Assembly: GCA_964414985.1 (NCBI GenBank)
Contig: CAYPXA010000008.1
Span: 11,966 to 43,965, forward strand
Length of the DNA: 32,000 bases
Direction of reading: 5' to 3'
Source: an uncultured Methanosarcinales archaeon
GTDB taxonomy: Archaea > Nanobdellota > Nanobdellia > Woesearchaeales > JAGWAF01
Positions 14,476 through 22,512 of this stretch are shown in pieces. Every line of letters starts with the position of its first letter. The stretch's first letter is position 1. Made by a program: the position numbers and the translations under genes. The notes under the pieces were generated by a model. That model did no database searches. It had not been told where the DNA came from and was given only the letters and a program-made list of their open reading frames with translations.

Positions 14476-15789
14476 ATGATAAAGAAGAATTCAATCCAGG
14501 AATTAATGGACCAGTGCAGCAGCAAAGGCGAGTTCAAGGCTGATGTTTATGGGTGGGTCTGGAGGGAAAGGGGCTCTTCAAAAGTCAAGTTCATAATCCT
14601 TAGGGACAGCACCAATATAATACAGTGCGTCATAGAAAAGGCAAAGCTGGGTGATGAGAAATTCGGCATTGCAGACAAGATGCAGGTTGAGACTGCAGTC
14701 AAGGTTTCAGGAACAATAAAGAAGGATGATAGGGCGCCTTCAGGATATGAGGTAAACGCTGATGAATTTGAGGTTATCGGAGAGTCGCATGACTTCCCGA
14801 TTTCCAAGGATTTCAGCACAGAATTCCTGCTTGACAAAAGGCATTTGTGGCTTAGGAGCAGGAAGATGATTTCAATCCTTAAGATAAGGAGCACTGTATT
14901 CGGAGCAATTGACGAGTACTTCAAGGGAGAGGGATTTTATGAGTACCATTCCCCAATATTCCAGTCAGTCCAGTGCGAAGGAGGCTCCACGCTTTTCAGC
15001 GTGCCTTATTTCGGCAAGAAGGGAGTTTTCCTTGCCCAGACCTGGCAGCTTTATGCAGAGCCTGCAATATTCGCGCTTGAAAAGATTTACACAATCGCTC
15101 CGTCTTTCAGGGCTGAAAAGTCAAAGACCTCAAGGCATTTGACAGAGTACTGGCACGCAGAGATGGAAGTTGCATGGTCATCATTTGACGACATTCAGAA
15201 TTACGGCGAAGGGCTTTTGAAGCACATTGTAAAGAGAGTCCTTGAAAAGAACACTGCAGACCTCAAGATTTTGGAGAGGGACTCAAAAAAGCTTGAGCCA
15301 TGCGTGAAAAAGCCATTCCCAAGGATAACATACACTGAAGCGCTAAAGCTCCTCAAGGAGAAATGCTCAATGGAAGTTGAGTGGGGCAAGGACTTGAGGA
15401 CAATAGAGGAAGACAAGCTTTCCGCGCTTTTTGACACTCCAATAATCGTAACGCATTACCCAAAAAAAGTCAAGGCATTCTACATGAAGCAGGATTCAAA
15501 AAACCCTGATGTAGTCCTTGGATGCGACTTCATTGCGCCGGAAGGTTACGGGGAGATAATCGGCGGCTCTGAAAGGGAGTCAGACCTCAAGGAAATTGAG
15601 AAAAGGCTCAAGGAAGAAGGCGAAAAGCTGGATAGCTACTCATTCTACCTTGACACAAGAAGGTACGGCAGCGTTCCCCACGGCGGATTCGGGCTGGGAG
15701 TTGAAAGGGTTGTTTCATGGGTTTGCGGGCTTGACAACATAAAGGATGCAATACCCTTCCCAAGGACAATGCTGAGGTACACTCCGTAA
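14476..15789 (+). CDS. asnS: asparaginyl-tRNA synthetase (class IIb, archaeal type)
   Basis: Class II motif 2 region FRAEKSKTSRHLTEYWHAEMEVAW (the E-[FY]-W pattern of AsnRS). GEIIGGSERE is GGSxRE, not the GGxRIH of AspRS. Also YLDTRRYGSVPHGGFGLGVERVV and a C-terminal IPFPRTMLRYTP. The N-terminus has an OB-fold anticodon-binding region. GTTTAAATAC box at 14444-14453, about 25 nt upstream of the ATG. Confidence 0.85.
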   Translation: MIKKNSIQELMDQCSSKGEFKADVYGWVWRERGSSKVKFIILRDSTNIIQCVIEKAKLGDEKFGIADKMQVETAVKVSGTIKKDDRAPSGYEVNADEFEVIGESHDFPISKDFSTEFLLDKRHLWLRSRKMISILKIRSTVFGAIDEYFKGEGFYEYHSPIFQSVQCEGGSTLFSVPYFGKKGVFLAQTWQLYAEPAIFALEKIYTIAPSFRAEKSKTSRHLTEYWHAEMEVAWSSFDDIQNYGEGLLKHIVKRVLEKNTADLKILERDSKKLEPCVKKPFPRITYTEALKLLKEKCSMEVEWGKDLRTIEEDKLSALFDTPIIVTHYPKKVKAFYMKQDSKNPDVVLGCDFIAPEGYGEIIGGSERESDLKEIEKRLKEEGEKLDSYSFYLDTRRYGSVPHGGFGLGVERVVSWVCGLDNIKDAIPFPRTMLRYTP

Positions 15790-15790
15790 G

Positions 15791-16108
15791 ATGGATTCAG
15801 GCAGCAAAAAGGGGCTGAGCCCTGCAGTGCGCAAGGCTGTTGCATCTGTTATGATGATTGTGCTTGCAGCAATGTTCTTCAAATTTGCTTTTGACGCTTT
15901 CTCGGATGTAGCGGGATATGCAGGCCCTTCAGGCGCAGGAATTTATGAGTACATGCTTAATGGAGAAAGCTGTTCAGGCAGCAGCTCTGCGTCAGAATGC
16001 TGCAAAAGCATCTGCGTGGAATGGTGCGGATGGAAGGGAATGGGGCTGAAGAAGTCTGAAGCAGTTCTTTCATCAGACGCTGGATGCAGCTGCTCATGCA
16101 GGCAGTGA
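15791..16108 (+). CDS. small Cys-rich protein with type IV pilin-like (class III) signal peptide
   Basis: The N-terminus MDSGSKKG/LSPAVRKAVASVMMIVLAAMFF fits the archaeal prepilin-peptidase motif: [KR]-G, cleavage, then a hydrophobic helix. The C-terminal half has 9 Cys (CSGSSSASECCKSICVEWCGW...GCSCSC). The ATG is 1 nt after the asnS stop. Confidence 0.55.
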   Translation: MDSGSKKGLSPAVRKAVASVMMIVLAAMFFKFAFDAFSDVAGYAGPSGAGIYEYMLNGESCSGSSSASECCKSICVEWCGWKGMGLKKSEAVLSSDAGCSCSCRQ

Positions 16109-16220
16109 AGCAATAATCAAGAATTAATTAGAAACAATAAAGAATCTGGCCGGATGCAAACAAGTTCTTTTGCCAATTTGAAGCGGTAACAAGCAAGTCA
16201 AAGCCTTGCGATGATTTAAA

Positions 16221-16293
16221 TGGGCCCGGCCAGATTCGAACTGGCGTCCTTCTGCACGTCAAGCAGACGTCATAGCCACTAGACTACGAGCCC
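16221..16293 (-). tRNA. tRNA-Val(GAC)
   Basis: Minus-strand sequence read as follows. Acceptor GGGCUCG/CGGGCCC (U5.G68). D arm GUCU-AGUGGCUA-UGAC. Anticodon arm UCUGC-UUGACGU-GCAGA. Variable region AGGAC. T arm GCCAG-UUCGAAU-CUGGC. Discriminator A73; 73 nt. Confidence 0.92.
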
Positions 16294-16317
16294 GTATTGT
16301 TTTGGATTTTTTGCACC

Positions 16318-16333
16318 TTTAAAAAGATTTCTA
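16318..16333 (-). promoter_or_regulatory. BRE/TATA promoter of tRNA-Val (minus-strand TAGAAATCTTTTTAAA)
   Basis: The TATA 3' edge lies 25 nt upstream of the tRNA 5' end. The 16-mer is identical to the one upstream of ileS (29236-29251). Confidence 0.6.
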
Positions 16334-16343
16334 ATGATTAGGC

Positions 16344-16468
16344 CATTGCCGCGCTCCGTGCCACTAATTGCACAGCTTCTGGTCAGGAGTCACCTTTCAA
16401 TCAATGTCCAAAACAAGTACTGCGCTTGGCGGCAATGCTGTTAATGCTAAGGACTCTGTTAGTTGCTG
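16344..16468 (+). repeat. intergenic repeat element, copy A (94-nt core 16344-16437 plus weaker ~30-nt extension)
   Basis: The core is 80/94 identical to the reverse complement of 29328-29421. It has 9-nt terminal inverted repeats, CATTGCCGC...GCGGCAATG. The extension shares TTAAT and AGTTGCTG blocks with copy B. A partial reiteration of the terminus (TGCGCTAGGCGGCAATTGCC) occurs at 16466-16485. Confidence 0.8.
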
Positions 16469-16560
16469 CGCTAGGCGGCAATTGCCCATATCATTTTGCC
16501 TGCTTTTAAATCAAAAAGTTTAAATACAGCACTTCTGTAAATAATTCAGGGAAAAAGAAC

Positions 16561-17649
16561 ATGCTAAACTCAAAGGAATGCTCCAAATACCTGTTTATGG
16601 CAGCTTTTGCAGCAATTCTCTATGTGTCATACCTTCTTGCAAAGCCTTTTTTTTCTGCAATCATTGCAAGCGCAATAATGGCTTACATGTTTTATCCTCT
16701 TTATGAAAGGCTTAACAAAAAGCTGAAATATTCAACAGTTTCAGCAATACTTGCTTCAATCCTCATAATTGTGATACTGGCAACTCCATTGTTTTTCCTA
16801 ATGAATTCGATAACAACTGAATCGCAGGTTGTCTATCTTAGGACAAGGCAGCTTTTCATAACAGGAGATGTATTCCTGATAGGCTGCGACCCTGAAGCTA
16901 CAGGCAAGGTCTGCGAATTTTCCAACTATGTCAGCAGCTTCCTTGAAAAGCCTGAAGTAAGGTACCATATTGAAGAGGGCATAAAGCAGGTTACAAGCTC
17001 TGCATCTTCAAAGGCATCAGCAATAATATTTTCAATACCTACAATACTGCTCAATGTTTTCATAACGCTTTTCATGACATTCTATTTTTTCAAGGACGGC
17101 AAAAAGATTATCGAGAAGGTAAAGTCGCTTATGCCCCTTACATTCAGCCAGCAGAAGCAGATGTTCCACCAGCTTAATGAAACAACTTATGCAATCATTT
17201 ACGGCACTCTGCTTATCGCTGCTGTGCAGGGCGCAGTTGCAGCGCTTGGATTTTTCATATTCGGAGTTTCATCTCCAATAACATGGGGAATTGTCACTGC
17301 AATATTTGCGCTCGTGCCATTTGTCGGAACAGCATTTGTCTGGCTTCCAATTTCCTTGCTGATGATTGTCCAGGGATTTGTAACAAGCTCAGACTCAGCA
17401 ATATTGAGGGGCTTTGGCCTTCTGATTTTCAGCGCTGTTGTTGTTGCATCAATGGACAACCTGCTGAAGCCTTTTGTGATAGGCAAGAAGGCGAAGATTC
17501 ATCCTGTTCTTGTTCTTATCGGAGTGCTTGGCGGAATAGCCTTGTTTGGATTTATAGGTTTCATTGCAGGCCCTCTTGTCCTGGCTCTGCTTAATTCATT
17601 CCTGAACATATATGAGCAGGAGAAGAACCACTGTTCTGCAGAAAAATGA
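16561..17649 (+). CDS. AI-2E family (UPF0118/PerM-like) transporter
   Basis: Polytopic membrane protein of ~8 TM and 362 aa. It has the family-typical C-terminal Gly-rich helix VLIGVLGGIALFGFIGFIAGPLVLALL. GTTTAAATAC box at 16518-16527. Confidence 0.7.
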   Translation: MLNSKECSKYLFMAAFAAILYVSYLLAKPFFSAIIASAIMAYMFYPLYERLNKKLKYSTVSAILASILIIVILATPLFFLMNSITTESQVVYLRTRQLFITGDVFLIGCDPEATGKVCEFSNYVSSFLEKPEVRYHIEEGIKQVTSSASSKASAIIFSIPTILLNVFITLFMTFYFFKDGKKIIEKVKSLMPLTFSQQKQMFHQLNETTYAIIYGTLLIAAVQGAVAALGFFIFGVSSPITWGIVTAIFALVPFVGTAFVWLPISLLMIVQGFVTSSDSAILRGFGLLIFSAVVVASMDNLLKPFVIGKKAKIHPVLVLIGVLGGIALFGFIGFIAGPLVLALLNSFLNIYEQEKNHCSAEK

Positions 17650-19142
17650 TAATCCTCAAAGTAAAAGACATGGACATTAAGACAGGAGGCCATTTGGTGG
17701 CCTACCTGAACATGGCTGATGCTGCCAAATTCGACTTCCACACTTCTGACAGGGTTAAAGTGCTTCTTGGAAAAAGAATGGAGACTGCGCTTCTGGACAT
17801 AGCAGAGTCATCAAAAGCTGTGCCTCACGGGCATATAGGCCTCTGCGAGGAAGTGCTTGACTCAATAAATGCAAAAGAAGGCGATGCTGTCCAGGTCATA
17901 CTTGCAGGAAAGCCGCTTTCAATAGAATACATCAAGAAAAAGCTTGACGGCTTCCAGCTCTCAAAGGCAGAAATAGACCAGATTGTGTGGGATATTGTGC
18001 ACCACAAGCTTACAAATATTGAGATGACCTATTTTGTTGCAGCAGCCTACAACAGGAGAATGACAATTAAGGAAACTGCATTCCTGACAAATGCAATGGC
18101 TGCGCAGGGCGACAGGCTGCAGCTCAAAAGATATCCAATAATGGACAAGCACTGTGTTGGAGGTGTTGCAGGAAACAGGACAACTCCTATTGTTGTGCCG
18201 ATTGTTGCAGCAGCAGGCCTCACAATACCCAAGACAAGCAGCAGGTCAATAACCTCTCCTTCAGGAACTGCAGACACTGTAGAAGTGCTTGCAGATGTTT
18301 CTCTTTCGCTCAAAAAGATGGAAAAGGTTGTGATGAAGACAAACGGCTGCCTTGCATGGGGCGGAGCGCTCAACCTTGCTCCTGCAGACGACCTTATAAT
18401 ACAGGTTGAAAAGCCGCTTATGATAGACGCAAAATCACAGCTTCTTGCATCAGTCATGGCAAAAAAGGCAAGCGTTTCTGCAACCCACGTTCTTGTTGAC
18501 ATTCCGCACGGAAAAGGAAGCAAGATAGAGAATTCATCAAAGGCAAGGCTCCTCAAGAATGATTTTGAGCGGATTGCGCACGAGCTTAAGATGAAGGCAA
18601 AGGTCATACTTACTGACGGAACACAGCCAATCGGCAACGGAATAGGGCCTGCGCTCGAGGCAAAGGACATACTTTATGTGCTAAAGAATGATGAAAGGGC
18701 TCCCCAGGACCTGAGGAAAAAGTCGCTCTTTATGGCTGGAATAATGCTTGAGATGGGCGGAAAGGCAAAGCCTGGAAAAGGGCTTGCAATGGCTCAGGAG
18801 ATTCTTGATTCAGGCAGGGCATACAGGAAGCTTGTTGAGATAATAAATGCACAGGGAAGAAGGCAGATAGACCCTGATAAGATTCAAACAGGAAAATTCA
18901 TCTATGAGTATAATGCCCCCTCTTCAGGAAAAATCATTTCAATTTCAAATTCTGCAATATCCAAAATAGCAAGGATTGCAGGAGCTCCCCTTGACCAGGG
19001 CGCAGGAATATACCTGCATCATCACTGCGGAAGTTCAGTGAAAAAAGGCGAGCTGCTGTTTACAGTCTACTCCCAAAACAAGGAAGAGCTGGACTTTGCA
19101 GTTGCAGAGTGCAAAAAGAATTCTGGAATAGTAATCAAGTGA
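17646..19142 (+). CDS. deoA: AMP phosphorylase (archaeal thymidine-phosphorylase-family enzyme with N-terminal extension)
   Basis: An ~80-aa N-terminal extension precedes the glycosyltransferase-family-3 core. Motifs: DKHCVGGVAGNRTTPIVVPIVAAAGLTIPKTSSRSITSPSGTADTVEVLA and GGALNLAPADD. At 498 aa it is typical of archaeal AMPpase rather than bacterial DeoA (~440 aa). The start overlaps the upstream stop (ATGA). Confidence 0.8.
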   Translation: MIILKVKDMDIKTGGHLVAYLNMADAAKFDFHTSDRVKVLLGKRMETALLDIAESSKAVPHGHIGLCEEVLDSINAKEGDAVQVILAGKPLSIEYIKKKLDGFQLSKAEIDQIVWDIVHHKLTNIEMTYFVAAAYNRRMTIKETAFLTNAMAAQGDRLQLKRYPIMDKHCVGGVAGNRTTPIVVPIVAAAGLTIPKTSSRSITSPSGTADTVEVLADVSLSLKKMEKVVMKTNGCLAWGGALNLAPADDLIIQVEKPLMIDAKSQLLASVMAKKASVSATHVLVDIPHGKGSKIENSSKARLLKNDFERIAHELKMKAKVILTDGTQPIGNGIGPALEAKDILYVLKNDERAPQDLRKKSLFMAGIMLEMGGKAKPGKGLAMAQEILDSGRAYRKLVEIINAQGRRQIDPDKIQTGKFIYEYNAPSSGKIISISNSAISKIARIAGAPLDQGAGIYLHHHCGSSVKKGELLFTVYSQNKEELDFAVAECKKNSGIVIK

Positions 19143-19255
19143 GTTTTGCAAACCTTTATAAATATGTTAAGCTTATTCTCCCTGAAAAGAAAAGGAAACA
19201 CACAACGCGCTTGGAAATGAATCCGAGGCCAGTTTCTTAAATCAGAGGTAATAAA

Positions 19256-20788
19256 ATGGAAAATAGGAAAAATAGATTCAATGATAGAGACATCAGTCTC
19301 AAAAATGCAAAGAGGGAAAGCAGGGTATCAGCCCTCAAGCCAGGCGACTATTTCGCAGGCACAGTGAAGATACTAAGGAGGGTTCAGCCAGGCCCTGTAA
19401 TTCTTATAGTAAGCGACGGCTCATCAAGCATTGAGGCAGTCTCAAAGGAATGCAGGTTTATGCAGGATGAAGTTGTCGAGCTTGAAGGATTTGTCGAGGA
19501 AAGGGCTGGAAAGCTCCAGATTGAGATTAAGGGAATTGCAAAGTCAGAAAAGGATTTTGATTCAATAATCGAGGCAAGCAGCGAGCCGCCGAAAAGAAAG
19601 CCCTCTTTTGATTCTGAAAGGCTCAATGCGCTTGAGCCCCACTTCAGGAGGATAGCAAAGAGGATAAGGAAGGCTGTGCTAAGCGGAATTCCAATCCTGA
19701 TAAGGCACCACGCAGATGCAGACGGCATAATGTCAGGCATTGCAGTGGAGCAGGCCTGCGGAATGCTTATGGATGAAGCAAGGATTGAGAAGGCATACAG
19801 CCTGTTCAGGAGCCCGAGCAAGGCGCCTTTCTACGAATTTTCAGACGTCCTTAGGGATATCGGATTCACAAAAAGGTTTCTTGAGACCCACGGCCAGAAA
19901 AGGCCGCTGATTATTGTGCTGGACAACGGCTCAACTCCTGAAGACTCGCTTTCAATGAGGACTCTGAAGTCTTTGGGATTTCAGGTTATTGTCATAGACC
20001 ACCACAACCCTGTTGTGATGAGCGGAGGCAAGACTTCAGTCTGCCCCTATCTTTTGGACCACCTGAATCCGTACATGCACGGGTTTGACGGCAGCATAAC
20101 AGCAGGAATGCTTGCATACGAAACTGCAAGGCTTATCCATTCAGGCTTTGAAAACAGGCTTCTTCCGGCAATTTCAGCAATAGGAGACAGGTCGTCAATA
20201 CCTGAAGCTGGAAAGTACATCAGCCAGTCTGGAAAGAGCGCTGATGAGATAAGGGAAATGGTGATTGCAACAGACTTTTTGGCATACAATCTTAGGTTTG
20301 ATTCAGGCGAAGGCACTTATGAGGAGCTTTTCTCAAATCCAGGATTTGTCAAAATACTTAATGAGGAAGTTACAAAAGGAGTTGAAACCCAGCTGCAGAG
20401 CACTCTGCCCTATCTTAGGACACAGGAGGTCAACGGAGTTATTTTCTCGCACATTGACATTGAGAAATACACGCTTAGGTTCAAATACCCCACTCCAGGA
20501 AAAGTTGTAGGAATGATTCATGACGAGGTTGCTGCAGGAAAGGAAAGCTTCCCTGTAATAACTATAGGCTATCTTTCAGACATGATTATAATAAGGGCGA
20601 CAAAGCCTGTGCTTCCTGTTGCAAGAATCATTGAAAAGCTGAGGAAGGACATGCCTGAAGCAAATGTCGACGGAGGGGGCCATGAATGCGCAGGAACAAT
20701 AAAGTTTGTTTCAGCACACCTTGACCTGATAATTGAAAGCATAAAGCAGCAGATAAGAAGCCTTGAGTGGGACAGGCAGGAAGCTTAA
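19256..20788 (+). CDS. RecJ-like DHH/DHHA1 phosphoesterase with N-terminal OB-fold
   Basis: DHH motifs HHADADGIMSG, VLDNG and VIVIDHHNP. DHHA1 motif VDGGGHECAG. The N-terminal ~100 aa is OB-like (GDYFAGTVKILRRVQPGPVILIVSDGSS...VELEGFVEERAGKLQIEI). AGAGGT lies 7 nt upstream of the ATG. Confidence 0.75.
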   Translation: MENRKNRFNDRDISLKNAKRESRVSALKPGDYFAGTVKILRRVQPGPVILIVSDGSSSIEAVSKECRFMQDEVVELEGFVEERAGKLQIEIKGIAKSEKDFDSIIEASSEPPKRKPSFDSERLNALEPHFRRIAKRIRKAVLSGIPILIRHHADADGIMSGIAVEQACGMLMDEARIEKAYSLFRSPSKAPFYEFSDVLRDIGFTKRFLETHGQKRPLIIVLDNGSTPEDSLSMRTLKSLGFQVIVIDHHNPVVMSGGKTSVCPYLLDHLNPYMHGFDGSITAGMLAYETARLIHSGFENRLLPAISAIGDRSSIPEAGKYISQSGKSADEIREMVIATDFLAYNLRFDSGEGTYEELFSNPGFVKILNEEVTKGVETQLQSTLPYLRTQEVNGVIFSHIDIEKYTLRFKYPTPGKVVGMIHDEVAAGKESFPVITIGYLSDMIIIRATKPVLPVARIIEKLRKDMPEANVDGGGHECAGTIKFVSAHLDLIIESIKQQIRSLEWDRQEA

Positions 20789-20794
20789 TTGGGA

Positions 20795-21244
20795 TTATTG
20801 CAGGACTTTTGGATTTTTTCCTGCAGCCTTGTCCAGAAATGCCCTTATGAAGATTCCTGTGGACTTGTTAAGGCCAAGCCTAAGCGCATCCTCTGGCTTA
20901 ACCCATTTGTATTCTGTAAGCTCGTCGTTAAGGATTACATCGCTGTTTTTGGCTTTTGCAGAAAAGTCCATGAAAATCATGTGCCTTTTGTCGTGGTACT
21001 CTTCAGAGAAAATGCTTTCCTGGATGTCGACAAGCTCAATTGAATCAATGTCAAGATTGGTTTCTTCCTTTGCTTCCCTTGCAGCGCAGGCTTCGAGAGT
21101 TTCGCCCCAGTCAAGATGCCCTCCTGGAATAATCCATTTGTCGCCCCACTTAGGGCACTTTGCAATGAACATCTCTCCTTGAGGGTTGAGGATTAGCACT
21201 CCAACAACAACATGGGGGATTTCAGGTCTTGCTGCATGAGTCAT
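20795..21244 (-). CDS. Nudix hydrolase
   Basis: Nudix box GGHLDWGETLEACAAREAKEETNL (G-x5-E-x7-REUxEExGU). The 3' end is convergent with the RecJ-like gene, with 6 nt between stops. Confidence 0.9.
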   Translation of the reverse strand: MTHAARPEIPHVVVGVLILNPQGEMFIAKCPKWGDKWIIPGGHLDWGETLEACAAREAKEETNLDIDSIELVDIQESIFSEEYHDKRHMIFMDFSAKAKNSDVILNDELTEYKWVKPEDALRLGLNKSTGIFIRAFLDKAAGKNPKVLQ

Positions 21245-21248
21245 ATGA

Positions 21249-21332
21249 CGCCACCACCCGGATTTGAACCGGGAGATCCTTGCGGAAACTGGCTCTCAAG
21301 GCCAGCGCAGTACCAGGTTGTGCCATGGTGGC
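21249..21332 (-). tRNA. tRNA-Ser(UGA)
   Basis: Minus-strand sequence read as follows. Acceptor GCCACCA/UGGUGGC. 3-bp D stem GCA(C)-AACCUGGUA-(C)UGC. Anticodon arm CUGGC-CUUGAGA-GCCAG. 15-nt variable arm with UCC-GCAA-GGA. T arm CCCGG-UUCAAAU-CCGGG. Discriminator G73; 84 nt. Confidence 0.9.
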
Positions 21333-21591
21333 AATTCACTAAATTTAAGTTTGCATCCCTTTGTGCAATGCACTTCAAAGTGGTGGAGGATGCTTTATAA
21401 AGTTTTTTGTTTGCCAAAACAGAAACGCTTTTAAAATTTTCTATACCGTTCAGAGACAACCTTTTATGACGATAAACATAGAAACATTTATATATTAGAA
21501 CCTCATTTCCTTTTTAAGTTTATATGTGCTTGCTACTATATTTTATATTAGCACAATCGTAATCGTTTGGGGGACAAAAAGGTGGTTTAGA

Positions 21592-22512
21592 ATGACTTTT
21601 GTAAAAAAATGCCCGGAATGCGGAAGCATAAACCTATTTCTGAACAGGGACAAGGGAGAGGTTATATGCAAGGACTGCGGTCTTGTAGTTGAGGACAAGA
21701 TGGTCGAGTTCGGCCAGGAATGGCGTGAATTTGAGTCTGATGACGGCGCAAAGATGAGAAGGACAGGCGCGCCAATGACCTACACCCAGTACGACCAGGG
21801 GTTGGGCACTGAAGTCGGCCAGAGGGCAGACCTCATGAGGCTTGAGGGCAAGGAAAGAAACAAGTTTTTCAGGCTTAGAAAATGGCAGTACAGGATTTCA
21901 ACTGCAATTGAAAGAAACCTGAAGCTTGCTCTTGCAGAGCTGAAGAGGGTATCATCATTTTTGAAGCTTCCAAAATCAGTAGAAGAGGAAGCAGCTAGAA
22001 TCTACACCCTTGCAGTCCAGAGGGGGCTTGTAAGGGGCAGGAGCATGGAATCTGTTGTTGCAGGCGCATTGTATGCAGCATGCAGAAGGCATGAAGTCCC
22101 AAGGACTCTTGACGAGCTTTCTGAAGCTTCAGGCATCGAGAAAAAGGAGATTGGAAGGACCTACAGGTTTGTCACAAGGGAGCTGGGCATTTCAATACTG
22201 CCAAGCAACCCTGCAGACTACATTGCAAGGTTTGCAAGCTCGCTGAAGCTTTCAGCAGAAACCCAGAGCAAGGCTGTTGAGATTCTTGAAAAGGCGCAGA
22301 AGGTTGAGCTCACATCAGGAAGGGGCCCCACAGGAATTGCAGCAGCAGCGCTTTATGTTTCAGCTCTTATCCACGGCGAGAAAAGGACCCAGAGGGAAGT
22401 TGCAGATGTTGCCGGAGTTACTGAAGTCACAATCAGGAACAGGTACAAGGAGCTTCTCGAAGAGCTTAATCTCGACAAGGATGTGAAGAAGACTAAGAAA
22501 AAGAGAAAGTAG
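21592..22512 (+). CDS. tfb: transcription initiation factor B (TFB/TFIIB)
   Basis: N-terminal zinc ribbon CPECGS...VICKDCG, a B-reader/linker, and two cyclin-fold repeats (RIYTLAVQRGLVRGRSMESVVAGALYAACRRHEVPRTLDEL; ILEKAQKVELTSGRGPTGIAAAALYVSALIHGEKRTQREVADVAGVTEVTIRNRYKEL). Start taken at ATG 21592 with GGTGG 7 nt upstream; the tracked GTG at 21526 adds a non-homologous hydrophobic extension. Lys-rich tail KKTKKKRK. Confidence 0.93.
   Translation: MTFVKKCPECGSINLFLNRDKGEVICKDCGLVVEDKMVEFGQEWREFESDDGAKMRRTGAPMTYTQYDQGLGTEVGQRADLMRLEGKERNKFFRLRKWQYRISTAIERNLKLALAELKRVSSFLKLPKSVEEEAARIYTLAVQRGLVRGRSMESVVAGALYAACRRHEVPRTLDELSEASGIEKKEIGRTYRFVTRELGISILPSNPADYIARFASSLKLSAETQSKAVEILEKAQKVELTSGRGPTGIAAAALYVSALIHGEKRTQREVADVAGVTEVTIRNRYKELLEELNLDKDVKKTKKKRK

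Noticed and set aside
14476-15789. Aspartyl-tRNA synthetase call for the class IIb synthetase
   Set aside because: GGSERE, E-Y-W after the RHL motif, and YLDTRRYGSVPHGGFGLG are AsnRS-type. AspRS would show GGxRIH and FPRD...RL-P.
16344-16437. Interpreting the repeat as a clean MITE
   Set aside because: Terminal inverted repeats (9 nt) are present. But no target-site duplication is evident, and similarity continues past one end only. With two copies, mobility cannot be supported.
16404-16523. Small ORF inside repeat copy A (MSKTSTALGGNAVN..., 39 aa) with a 26-aa counterpart in copy B (29281-29361, minus strand, MSRTSTALGGNAVN...)
   Set aside because: The shared 14 codons show 1 conservative and 2 synonymous changes, which is suggestive. 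However, nucleotide conservation is equally strong for 60 nt upstream of the ATG. The C-termini are unrelated and of different length. No promoter or SD sequence precedes the ATG. This is insufficient to call a CDS.
18047-18670. 207-aa minus-strand ORF
   Set aside because: It is entirely antisense to the motif-rich AMP phosphorylase gene. Its low-complexity Ser/Ala/Ile composition is typical of a shadow ORF, and it has no recognisable motif.
20763-21182. 139-aa plus-strand ORF (and 20789-21043)
   Set aside because: It overlaps the minus-strand ORF that carries a perfect Nudix box. The plus-strand product has no motif and is Ser/Leu-rich.
21526-21591. N-terminal 22-aa extension of TFB from GTG 21526
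   Set aside because: The extension (MLATIFYISTIVIVWGTKRWFR) is hydrophobic and unlike TFB N-termini. ATG 21592 has a GGTGG SD-like sequence 7 nt upstream and starts directly at the zinc ribbon.
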